Part shown: positions 10,493 to 22,150 of the stretch, piece by piece
How the letters are laid out: each line of letters opens with the position of its first letter
Numbering within the stretch: position 1 is the stretch's first letter
NCBI GenBank assembly: GCA_035221665.1
Contig: CM069145.1
Coordinates: 7,688,001-7,752,000, forward strand
Direction of reading: 5' to 3'
Length of the DNA: 64,000 nt
From: Okamejei kenojei
Lineage: Eukaryota
The notes under the pieces: generated by a model
Told to the model about the DNA's origin: nothing
Seen by the model: the letters and a program-made list of their open reading frames with translations, nothing else
The model's database searches: none
Program-made: the position numbers and the translations under genes

Positions 10493-12211
10493 GTAACTCG
10501 TATTGGTTGTCAAGAGAAGAAGGGGCATCTGCAAGTAATCAGCTGCTAAATCCAGAATTACTTTTAAGGATGCATACAAAATATAAGCATGTTCTGACTA
10601 AATGTTAATTCTAGTACATGATTTGAAGACTGCGATAACGTTTGTTAATTCTCCATTGTCCAAACAATAAAACAATCATGTATTTTAATGATAAGATACG
10701 TTTCTTGTGACCTTAACTATTACAATATTCCAATTTGGCCTTTCTATCATAAAACAATGCTGCATAACAGGCTATGAATCTGGTTTTTAAAAAAGGGAGT
10801 ATGTGTCTATTAATGTCATATTCTTCTAATAACGATACTGTTTTGCTTAGTCCGGTTAACTCCGATTAATATTTTATTTGTAAAGCAGACCGTTTCTTGT
10901 TAGAATCGAAACATTGCCTACGTTTAAAAGAACAATTTATTTAGAAGAGCGTGTGTCGTTTACGCCCTGCTTGAGATAACTCATTTTTATTCTTCTCGCG
11001 TTTGGTATAGAACAATGAATGTGTCTTTTGCTGTATTTTGGGATTGCAGTCTCTTGCGTTTTTTTACTCTATACATTCCTAATCAAATTGAAACTGGCAA
11101 TATTTGACATGAATGTGGATGCGTGTTGACAATGACCTTGAGGGCCTGGTGTTGCTAACGATAAATAATTATTCTGTTTAAAATCCACGTGTATTTAAAC
11201 ACATGTTAATCTAGCGACGTTTTGATTTGATTGCTGACATGCATAGTTGTCAGATTTAAATTTCGATCTAATAGATGCCATTATAAAACATGGAAGACTT
11301 CTTTGCACATCGTCACTTTTTAATATATAATTTGTCCTTCAGAAAGTAGAATCAGGAGTTGTCCAATCGTCGTTTGCGTGCAATAACATGCACAAGGAGC
11401 CATTTTATATTAAAAAAAAACATAAATGGCGTAAATATACTGCACGAGAGACGACAATACGCAGGAGATTGTAGGAAATAGTAAAATGTCATAGTGCTCG
11501 GTCCTGGAAATCTAATTTGTGCCAGTAATATACAGACATGAATAAAACGGACAAGGTCATAAGTTACGTGTCAAATACGCCTTTGCTTCTATAAGGGCTG
11601 GTTGCTCCTTGATACCATTTATTTTGTATCGATGTGGTATTTTCAACAAATCGCTTGTTCGCTTAACAGTGGAGGTTAATTTTGGTGCAAAACTGGCTGT
11701 TGACTCGAATTGGGCAGGTTTCTGTTTCTGCACCTCTTCCTCGCCACCCCCCTTCCAGTTGGTCAGTGAGTTTAAATAAAATGCTGTATGGTGCCAGCAG
11801 CTGTAACACCAGATATTTATTTTAGATTGACTATGCGCCAGTGACAAAAAATATATCCCTTGGGCTTCGCTGGGCTGTAAATCTAACGTTAGATCTCGAA
11901 AATGATCGGGCGATTTAAAATTTAAAATGCATTTTAACCTTCTGAAGGACGCTGCACTATTTATTGACGTATGTAAATTAGCAAAGGGCTTTGAAAGCTC
12001 TTGAACAGGAACAAGAATCAGTTTCACATTGCGGGTGAGAGCTGAAGTTCCGGTGTAAAGAAAGACGTGGCGAAATTGGTGAATATCTGTGCCCGCATCC
12101 CAAATCTCTCATTCCGAGGGCAAACCAGAACACGAAAGGGTGAAGCTGCTCCTCCTTCTTTCAAAAGAGAACTATTAATATTGCCCCCACCCTCAACCAT
12201 CCCAAGGCTAA

Positions 12212-12736
12212 ATGGGGGATTACAGATTTGCTTTACAGTCATCTAGCAATAATACTGGATTTTCGCCGGCGCTGGAGTACCAGAACACAGCTAATAATAA
12301 CGCGTCTTTGTTTTTTCCCCTTTCAGCTCCGCAAACCATGCAGGATGATTTACTGATGGACAAAAGCAAACCCCAGCAGCTTTCACCAAGGTCAGAGCAA
12401 AGCACCGAAGCCGCAGAAACCCCCAAGTCAGAAGAGAGCTCTGTGAGTATAAACGCCCCGGTTTCTGCCCAGAATAAAGAGAAGACGCAGATGGAATCGC
12501 CAATTTTGCCCGGCTTGAGCTTTCAACCTCAGGAGCCTGGTACCTCCTTGTCCCCTTCGTTCAGTACGTGGTCCACCGGCACGACCAACACCGTAGATGA
12601 TAGCTTTTTCCAAGGGATCCCGCCAGTGAATGGGACAATGCTGTTCCAGAATTTCACTCACGTCAACCCGGTTTTCGGTGGCACTTTCTCGCCGCAGATC
12701 GGTCTGGCTCAGCAGACGCAGCACCACCAAGCCGCC

Positions 12737-12770
<34 letters not shown>

Positions 12771-13111
12771 GGAGGTCGCCGGTCAGCCCGCAGGCTCCCT
12801 TCGCCCAACGCAGCGCCTACAGCCACCAGCCCATCATGACAAGCAAGCCCTCCTCGGCTTGGAACAACCACCAGAACACGACCTGGAGCACTGCTCCCAA
12901 CCCTTGGAGCGGGCTACAAGCCAGGGATCCCCGGCGAGCTGTCGGGGTGCCATCCCCTCTCAACCCCATCTCTCCGCTAAAGAAACCCTTTTCCAGCAAC
13001 GTGATCGCCCCTCCTAAGTTTCCTCGAACTGCACCCACATTAAATCCCAAGTCTTGGATGGACGACAACGCCTTTAGGACAGACAACAACAACGGCATGT
13101 TGCAATTTCAG
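12212..13111 (+). CDS. CPEB3: CPEB3 first coding exon (disordered/prion-like N-terminus). Canonical start ATG 12338; in-frame upstream ATG 12212
   Basis: MQDDLLMDKSK, QMESPILPGLSF, DSFFQGI.PVNGTMLFQNF, VFGGTFSPQIGLAQ, PSPLNPISPLKKPFSSNVIAPPKFPR and KSWMDDNAFRTDN match CPEB3. Acceptor tttcag| at 12326/12327; phase-0 donor CAG|GTACAG. Confidence 0.96.
12737..12769 (+). repeat. CAA(CAG)10 polyglutamine tract (Q11)
   Basis: Directly visible and in frame. Confidence 0.95.
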
Positions 13112-16100
13112 GTACAGTAATGCGTCCTCGGATATTTTCTTCATAAACAGATGTACAAAAGACGTGATAGGACATGACCTTCACAGCCATATTGTAATGC
13201 CATCTTTATTGGGACATGACATTGCAGTGAAAATACCGCATCTGGTCTTTTCAGCAAGTCACTTCTAAAGATCAGCCCAAATGCATCCTCGATTCATATG
13301 ACCATGTCCTTGTCACTGTCTCACACCAAGATTCTTTGCGACCCCACCCCCACTACCAAGAGGAAAAACTGGCTGAAGAACAGTGGTCCCAGCTGTCTTT
13401 AACACTTGTTTAATTTATGCAACGTTTACAGTATGTTGCCAAGCATTTTTGGTTTTTTTTCTAAAATTGCCATTTTACGTGCCACTGTTCACCGGTTGAC
13501 TAAAGTATAATTAACGTAAACTGTCACATTGTTAAATATATGTTAATTTAGGACATTTCAGCGGCCGGCCTGTATTCAGAGCATTAGCTGTCGACAAGAC
13601 TGCCATCGGCTAGGCCCCCACTGCAGTCAGTGACATTACATTTATTGCAAAACCCTGTTAAAACCGCCTTTAATTTTCTCTAATTCATTTTGTCATTATG
13701 GCGACAGCTGACCCCCCCCCCCCCCCCCTTTTTTTTTAAGGCCGCTTTGTTTGGGCAATTGTTTTGACGTCAAACATTTAGAGGTGGAGCAAAATCGTGG
13801 ACCGTAAAGTACTGTATTCCAATTGTTATAAAGCAAAGGAACACTCATTTCTGTGTGCTTCTCACGTATTTGCTCTAGTTTATGCAGCATGGAACCAGGA
13901 TGTTGAGCAATAGACGTACCCATTCTATCCTCTATTAGTGGGCTTGGGCTTTTATCACTGATGTCCTTCCCTATATATTATATCATTATGCGTATTTCCA
14001 TACTATTTAAAAAACAAGACAGGCACACTTGGGTCAGAAGTTTTAAAGGTTGCTGGGATAATATCCTTTACTGTAAGAAGATACTTTGTAGCACAGAAAT
14101 TAATTGCAAAGTGGAGAGAGATTGGCACTGTGCACTATTGCGCAGGTGCTGAACAGATAATTCAAATTCTGCATTGCATTTACTTGTTAATGATGCATGC
14201 AAAAGCAAACAAAGTACTTAGGTGGCCTGAAGAATATAATGTTCTATACCTGGGTAATGTCAGCTATTGTTATGATGCTTTGTTATTGTGGTAAAGTATA
14301 ATCTGTTGACACGACACATTAAGATCCTAGATGCTGGTGTGTGTTTCATGGTCTGCATATGAACTTTGTTGGCCGACAATGTCAACCCCATAATTTCCAT
14401 AGATTTCAAGTTTCAATATTATTCCTGTTTAAAATGAACTCAAAATCATTCACAGAGGTTTGAGAATGGTTCCGTTTTGGAATAGTGAATTGACTCTAAC
14501 AAATAATTCTACAGCTCATTTTGGTTGTAGCAATTGATTTTGCTACATCTGACCTTGCTAAATGATATTGACTGTTATCATCACATTCACTATATTCTGT
14601 CAGCAAAATCTTCAATAATATTTTACTTTTACTGAGAGTAATACATCAGTAAGTTGCGTTAAATTGTATGTGTTGATATACAAAGCCAGTACTGCTCTGT
14701 GATGTGAAATGGAGGATGAGGAAATGGAGACCATGTATCAGTATTACATTTGCGTAGAAGTCTACCAGATGCTGATTAATTTTTGTAATTAAATGCGGTG
14801 CACCGTCTGGTTTACCTTTTTTAATTCACCTGTGGTAACCTATGCACCATTTCAAGGCTAAGGAAATTGTGTGTTTAGAAATACATATGTAATGTGCAAA
14901 ATTATGGTTGTTTCCAGGCAGATTATTGTCAAATTAATTCATTAACCGGGCAAACTAAAGTGACCATTTATTAAGTTATACAACTTGATTCATTTAATAC
15001 TCTAGATGTAGAAATCATTGTGAGATAGTTTTACTCAGATAATTGTACAATTCAGGGTTTTGACTGCAATCTTGGAACAGGACTAGTATAGCCAGATTAA
15101 ATGCGGTGTTTTGCTCTTGTCTCTGATCCAACTTAACTCTGCCCTGGGTTTGGTAGACTCAGTATTTGAATTAGTCCAGCAAAACACTGTTTGCTGATGC
15201 AGTAATTCAATAAGCTATGAAAATTGAGGTTAACAATCAGTCACAAGTCATGAATACTTACCTCTGTAGTGATGTGCTGGTGCTTCCAATGAAAAAAGTA
15301 AATGTTTTGAAAAAAATCAAGAAACATACACTGAGAGCTTGAGTATCTCTAGTGAGGATGTATAAATGTCAGTTGAGTAGATGGTAAGTTCTACATGCAT
15401 GAGATTGCTCGATTTAAAAAGGCCTTTAATAAGTAAGATGGTGGCTACTAGATGCAAAAACATGTTCTCTGTTAATCCAACACACAATTATAAACTGGAG
15501 CAACATTAGGGCAGATGACAATAAAATTGAATGTAAATTGTAATGTTAAAATTTCCCAATGTAAAGCCATTGATGTGGAATTATGTCAAAAACTGCTGAT
15601 TCCAATTAGAAGTTGTGAAGTGCATGCCCTGGGCATCAGGCCAAAAACTCAATCTTGCTGCTGCATCAATGGCTTCTGGACATCCATGTATCAGCAGTTA
15701 GTTGCCTTTGGTGTAGCAAATGTGTAGCAAATTTGTGATTTATTATGAATACAGGGAGCAATAACATACATTGGCTGCAAAGCCAGGCAAGAGTGCGAGG
15801 ATTAGAAAGAAATGGGTTACAGACTGAGGTGGATTCATTTGCTGCATCTCATTGTACCAAATAGAGGCTGTTGAAATATTGCTGATTCTGGGATTTTTTT
15901 ATATCTGAAATATCCAAGGAAATCTTGTGATAGAGGGCAGATCTCAGAAGGAGGGATCGTGGGATCATGCAGGGGAATTGTGAAGTTGGCAGGGAAAATT
16001 AAACTGGCTCAATTGAATCTTCATAGGATTTGGTAAGTGTGGGGTTGCAGAATCAATTATCATGTATGTGGTGGATTTGTAATGCAAAGGAAAACTGAGC

Positions 16101-18689
16101 GCTGGAAATCTGAAATAAAACCAAATGCTGGTGATGCTCAATGTCTGTGGGAAAGAAACAGAATTGATATTACAGGTCATTGATAATTAATCTGGACTGC
16201 AAAAGTGGGAGAGTTAAGTTGCAGAGAGGAGGGAGGGTGGAGAGAACAAAAGGAGGGTCAGTGGCAGGGTGGAACCACAGTTTGCCTGGTGACAAAAATT
16301 GCATTTGGTGCCATATAGTCGAGCTGGAAACATTTGCCTGGGAAAAGAGATGTGGCTGTGGAAGTAATATTGGTCACATTTTATCAATAAGAAGAAGGGA
16401 ATCAACCCATTGAGGGAGAGCAAGCTAAAAGAGTCAGATAGAAATAATTGAAGGGAGGAGCAGAACTGCTTCAAGGTCTAGGTAAAGGAGAGAGGGATGA
16501 ATGGTGCAAAATGGAAGGACGAGAGGAAAAGGGGCTCATTCAAGCAACTACATTTAGTTCAGAAATAGTTGCTATCAATGATAAGTGGATTACATTTAGA
16601 AGTTTGAATGCTACTAGAGCTGAGGAAATGGGATACAAAAAACATCAGCTTCTTTTGCTTATTAAGTTCCTATATTGAAAAGTTCATAATCCATTCACAG
16701 CCGCCTTTTAACACCAACAAATCTCTTACCAAAGCATTCCTATGCTCTTTCTGCACACTTAATGTGTGTCTGTTCATATAGGATAACACAGAAAGAAAAT
16801 GGGAAATGTTGTTTGTTGGATTATAATGCCTTAAGGCAGGCTATCAAAGAAGCAAGTAATGAATATCATAAAAATAGTACACGCTGAAATATATATTTTT
16901 AATTCTCTTCAATACCATGAAGGAAAACTCGAAGCTAGGTTCCTCAATGCGTCTTTTTACATTGTTTTTGACCATCAATTTAAAAACATCTCAGACACTC
17001 CTTTCATGTTTTTAAATTTCTCGTGCGGTACAGAACATGAACCATCATTTGTGACTCCATCAGTAATTCATTGACTCCTTTCTAATCTTTCCTAATGTTA
17101 CTCCTCTTGGTCCTTTCCTTTTTCTGTCCACATTCCTAAATTCTAGGCTCCTGGTTTCGCTGCCACACCCCTTCCTTCATCTCTGCATGATCCATTCTGT
17201 TGACACTTCCTTTTCCCCTCAATGTAAACCCCTCTACTCTATTTCCTCGTCTGTTGGCAGCTGTTCTCAGACATTGTTGTCTGCTCTTGCTTTCACAATG
17301 TGTGCTCTCCACCCCACCATGCTGGCACCTGCTTCTTGCCCATGCTCTTCCATTTTGTCCCCTTTCCACTCTTGCTGTCTTTTCAACATTTTCTGTGCTT
17401 CTCGTCTTACTTGTGCAGTCTCTTGTGCACTGCAAAACCTACACTCTTCCAGTGCATTTGCTTCCAACTCCCTTTTCTCCTTGTGACTGCTTGCTGTCTT
17501 CCTGAACTGTTCTCACCCACCCTGCAGGCTCCGTTCATGTCGTATAGATGTGCTTATGGCCTTTTCCTTTTTTTTTTGCACATTTCCTTTATTTCCTGCA
17601 CTCCACATCTCCTTTGTTTTCCCCCTTTAATGAATAAAAAGGTGCTTTTCCTCTGGTTGTGAAATTCTAATTTCCATATTTTTTACTCTCTGTTATCAAT
17701 TTTTCATCTTTAATCCTGAAGCTTTTATCTGTGTTCTTTTACTTGCTCGTATATATCACATATATATATCATTTCCCGTTCTAATCTAATGCTGCACGCC
17801 CATACCCCTCGGCATATATACCCTTTTACTTAGAGAAGATGTACTAGCAAAAGTACAAAGAAAACTATCACACCTCTCTCTGACACAATGTATGCATGAT
17901 CCCTGGGGATTACATTGGGTAATACAGAAAAATGGGCATGAAAATTGCAATGCGGGTGGAGTGCAAACCTGCATTGCCTGCTGATTGGCACGATCAAATC
18001 ATTGGATCAATATTAATCATGCTCTTTAGTTAATTAATGGCCCAGCAAGCAGCATAATTTGTGAATGGGTATTACAAATTTAGAAAGTTGCCTGTACATG
18101 CACAAACTTCACCTGGTCTGGATCTTCAATAGAACGGATGCATTGTATCCTTTAAGATCATTAGAAGGTTGTATCGGCAACTTTGTCAGATCGGCATGGT
18201 GAAAATGAGAACATCGGCTCCACAATTAATGGTGCATTGGAGGCCTTGGTGAAGGAGAGAGAAAGACAAATAATATGAATGAACCGCAGGGCATCTCCTG
18301 CATTGGAATTGCAAAGTCAAGGGGCGGAAGTAGTTTAGAATATAATTGGCTGGAGCCAAGCATTGAGGATCTACATATCATACCACAACAATCTCAATGA
18401 CTTTGCACATTAGTTCATCTGAGAATGTGATATTCTACCCAGTCTCTCTAGTTTCAGACAATGCTCTATGCACCACACCCCATCATTTACATACCACCAA
18501 CCTGTATCAATAATGCTTCAAACCTATGTTCATGTAGTGCACCACACCTTATCGCAAATAGTAAAGCTGAAAACCTTGCATCCACTTTTCCCTGTGGTTC
18601 CCAGTTACGTAACAATGACTGTCACATATCCAAACATATTGTGCGATGTTCACCAACATGCTTCCCTCTTTTGCAGAGCAAAATCTTTG

Positions 18690-19120
18690 AGGCTGTTGCC
18701 AGGACTAGTCTAAGCTACAGGGAGAGGTTGAGTAGGCTGGGACCATATTCCTTGCAATACAGGAGGATGAGGGGTGATCTTATAGAGGTGTATAAAATCA
18801 TCAGAGGAGTAGATTGGGTAGATGCACAGAGTCCCTTGCCCGGAGCAGGTGAATCGAGACATAAGTTTGTGAAGGGGAAAACATTTAATAGGAGTCTGAG
18901 GGGTAACTTTTTCACACAAAGTGTGGTAGGTGTATGGAACAAGCTGCCAGAAGAGGTAGTTGAAGCTGGGATTTCCCTAACATTTAAGAAACAGTTAGAC
19001 AGGTACATGGATAGGACAGGTTTGGAGGGATATGGACCAAACACAGGCAGGTGTGACTAGTATAGATGGGACATTGTTAGCCAGTGTTGGAAAGTTCCAC
19101 GCTGTATCACTCTATGACTC
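18690..19120 (+). mobile_element. CR1 3' fragment
   Basis: LSYRERLSRLG..RRMRGDLIEVYKI..WNKLPEEVVEAG..LDRYMD. Confidence 0.9.
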
Positions 19121-20344
19121 CAAGTGGTGTATAGTCACTGGCAGGAGTAGCCCATCCGCAGGGAACAGATGTGGCTAAATCACCTCGATGAGATAATGCT
19201 GCTCAACATTGGAGTTGTTGTAATTAGAGCGATGGACAGTGAGCAATTAAAACCTCTGCTCCATCTCATGTTCTACCATCCCCCTTGTCCCACAATCACA
19301 ACCTTTCTAGATGGTCCTGATGTAAACATGCTCGTCCTTTTGTGGTAATCTCACACCCTTCACCTTTCAGAAAGCCAGGTAAAAGCTAGTGTGTGGTGAT
19401 TCAGCAGCAAGAAGAGAGTAAAAATGGAGAAATACCATTACTGGCACTCTCAAAACAGCCTCAAAAAACGACATTCGAAAACTTTGATCTACTGTGATGT
19501 ACTGCTGTATGGACAGCAAATGTCCTGCAGTGTGGACACAAGAAAGAATGTAGCACCATCATGGATGTTCTGCAGCAAAGGACTCCATTGAGGATTTCAA
19601 TGGGACAGATATAGTAAAAAGACTAATGAGCATCCACATTGAAATACTTGGTTCATCGGCTAGGTGGCCTGAAAGCATTGTTGATAAGCCTGGCACCAAC
19701 CTGGCATGGAGCTTGGCAGGGAGCTTTGATCTCATTTCTGGAATGGGAGCAGTGAGTAAATTTAGAAGTGTACTTGTGAAGAAACCCATAAAACAACTGT
19801 GGAAGCCGAGAAATCTCCAATTACATTAGCAGCCTTGTGATGCATTTGCTGCAGAAAAAGGTCTGGCAAAGTCCAAAGGGCTTTGAAGGTCTAACCTGGC
19901 ATCGTAGTTGTACAACCTTTGTTGCAACCTATTACAAGGATTGCTGATGTGCTGCCTAATGAATGATGTTGGCTCAGGGCCAGGGGTCAAATTGGCTATT
20001 CTCCTTCGGTATGACATAATTTCCCTTTGTTGGAGATTAAACGTAATCAGCATTAGTCATTCCGACACCAGTGCTCATTCTGTTTGCAGCTAACCCAGCT
20101 TTTACCATTCATGTACTGTAAACAAGGCTCCACATGAAGCCGAGTCTTTCATGTGTCAATAGCTGCTCCACATCATCCCACAGTCATCTGCAGTCGCCAC
20201 TGCATCAGCATCCTTCTAGCTGTACTGCGGTTACTGAGGTAGCACTGGTTGGGAACACTAGACAAGGAAACGTGCAGAGAAGGCAGGCTTTGAGTTTGCG
20301 CAAGGCCGGTTAGTTGAAGCTGTTATGCAATTTCACAAGAATTA

Positions 20345-20730
20345 ATAGATACGGTTCTGACCTCCCCACCATCGAAGGGATCTATCGCAGTCGCTGCCTC
20401 AAAAAGGCAGCCAACATCATCAAGGACCCACACCATCCTGGCCACGCACTCATCTCTGCTACCATCGGGCAGAAGGTACAGGAGCCTAAAATCTGTTACA
20501 TCCAGGTTCAGGAACAGCTTCTTCCCCACAGCCATCAGGCTATTAAACTTGCAAACAAACAGACTCTGAACTGTAACAGCCTATTGCACTTTATCTGCTT
20601 ATTTATGTGTATATTGAACTGAACTGTTCTGTATTTTTGCTTAAAATATTCTGTTGTGTTGCAGCAAGCAAGAATGTCATTGTCCTATCTGGGACACATG
20701 ACAATAAACTCTCTTGACTTGACTTGAGAC
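20345..20730 (+). mobile_element. Rex/Babar LINE 3' end
   Basis: DLPTIEGIYRSRCLKKAANIIKDPHHPGH, then frameshifted PSGRRYRSL..RFRNSFFPTAIRLLN. AATAAA followed by a (CTTGA)n tail. Confidence 0.8.
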
Positions 20731-20854
20731 TTTTAGTTGAAATGCTTAATTTTGTTTTGGTGTTTGTTTCTGAACTCTGGACAGTATATTACTGAAATGG
20801 TGAGCAACAGAAAGAAACAAACATGGGAAAGTGGGTTAACGTTTATCATAACTC

Positions 20855-21882
20855 GCACAGGGAGAAATTGCTGAATGGATAGAAAATTGGCTTCAGGGAA
20901 GGAAGTAGTGATGGGGGAAGGTTGCTTCTCAGACTGGAGGCCTGTGACTAGTGGTATGCCTTGGGGTTCGGTGTTGGGCCCATTATTCTTTGTCATCTAT
21001 ATCAATGATTTGGATGAAAATGTACAGGGCAAGATGAGCAAGTTTGCAGATTTTACAAAAATGGGTGATTTTGCAGATAGTGAAGATGGTTGTCAAAAAT
21101 GACAGCAGGATCTTGATCAGTGGGCCAGGTGAGCTGAGGAATGAATTGAACACAGGGAAATGTGAGGTGTTGTATTTTGGAAAGTCTTACATGGACAGGG
21201 CCTTCACATTGAATGGTAGGGCTCTGGATCTGGGAGTGTAAGTACATAGTTCCTTGAAGGTGGTATCACAGGTAGATGGGATGGTCAAAAAGGCGCTGAG
21301 CATAGCATCTGTCACAGTATTGAGTATAGACTTTGGGAGGTCATGTTGCAATTATATAAGACATTGGCGAGGCCGCATATAGAGTATATGTTCATTTCTG
21401 TGCACCATGTTATAGGAAAGATGTTGGTAAGGGTGAGATAAAATTTAAAAGGATGTTGCCAGTACTCGAGAGTCTGTGCTATAGGGAGAGGTTGAACAGG
21501 CTAGGACTCTATTTTTTGGAGCACAGGAGGACGAGGGGTAATCTTATAGAAGTGTATAACATCATGAGGAGAATAGATCAGGTGGACGCACAGTCTCTTG
21601 CCCAGAGTTGAGCAATGGAGAACCAGAGGACATAGGTTTAAGGTGAAGGGGGAATGTTTTATAAGAATTTGAAGGGTAACTTTTTCATGCCAAGGGTGGT
21701 GGGTGTATGAAATGAGCTGCTGGAGGAGATAGTTGAGGCAGGGGCTATTGCGATGTTTAAGAAGCAATTAGACAGGTACATGGATAGGACAGGTTTAGAG
21801 GGATACAGGCCAAATGCAGGCGTGGGACTGGTATAGATGAGCCATGTTGACCGGTGTTGGGTCAATGGCCCTGTTTCCACGC
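20855..21882 (+). mobile_element. Degraded CR1 ORF2 3' half
   Basis: WRPVTSGMPWGSVLGPLFFVIYINDLD..SKFAD, followed by a CR1 3' UTR. Confidence 0.9.
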
Positions 21883-21947
21883 TAGAACTAACCGGTAGCA
21901 GACTACTGGTTAGTTCTATTGACTACAAAGCAATCCGGGAAGCAAAT

Positions 21948-22150
21948 TAGTTTAGTTTAGAGATACAGCACGGAAACAGGCCCTTTGGCCCACCAAGTTC
22001 ACGCCGACCAGTGATCCCTGCACACTAACACTATCCTACACGCATTCGGGACAATTTACTATCTTACCAAGCCAATTAACCTACAAACCTGTACGTCTTT
22101 GGAGTGTCGGAGGAAACGGGAGCTCCCGGAGAAAACCCACCCGGGTCTCG
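21948..22150 (-). mobile_element. V-SINE (HE1-like) fragment
   Basis: V-domain-like GTGGGTTTTCTCCGGGAGCTCCCGTTTCCTCC, CR1-like tail and (CTAAA)n end. Confidence 0.75.

Noticed and set aside
9877-10549. Several 70-110 aa ORFs in the CpG island
   Set aside because: Expected from stop-codon scarcity in GC-rich DNA, and low in complexity.
11557-12027. 156-aa minus-strand ORF
   Set aside because: GTG start, no recognisable domain and no splice support.
12428-13098. Antisense ORFs, including a poly-Leu one
   Set aside because: Shadows of the CPEB3 exon and its CAG tract.
12212-13111. Calling the gene CPEB4 because of the MGDY start
   Set aside because: The exon body, the KHYPPSGPPM segment and MARCHF5 adjacency all indicate CPEB3.
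17900-20310. Possible ancient decayed transposon coding remnants (also ~22380-22950 and ~29000-30100)
   Set aside because: Composition is suggestive, but no motif could be identified with confidence.
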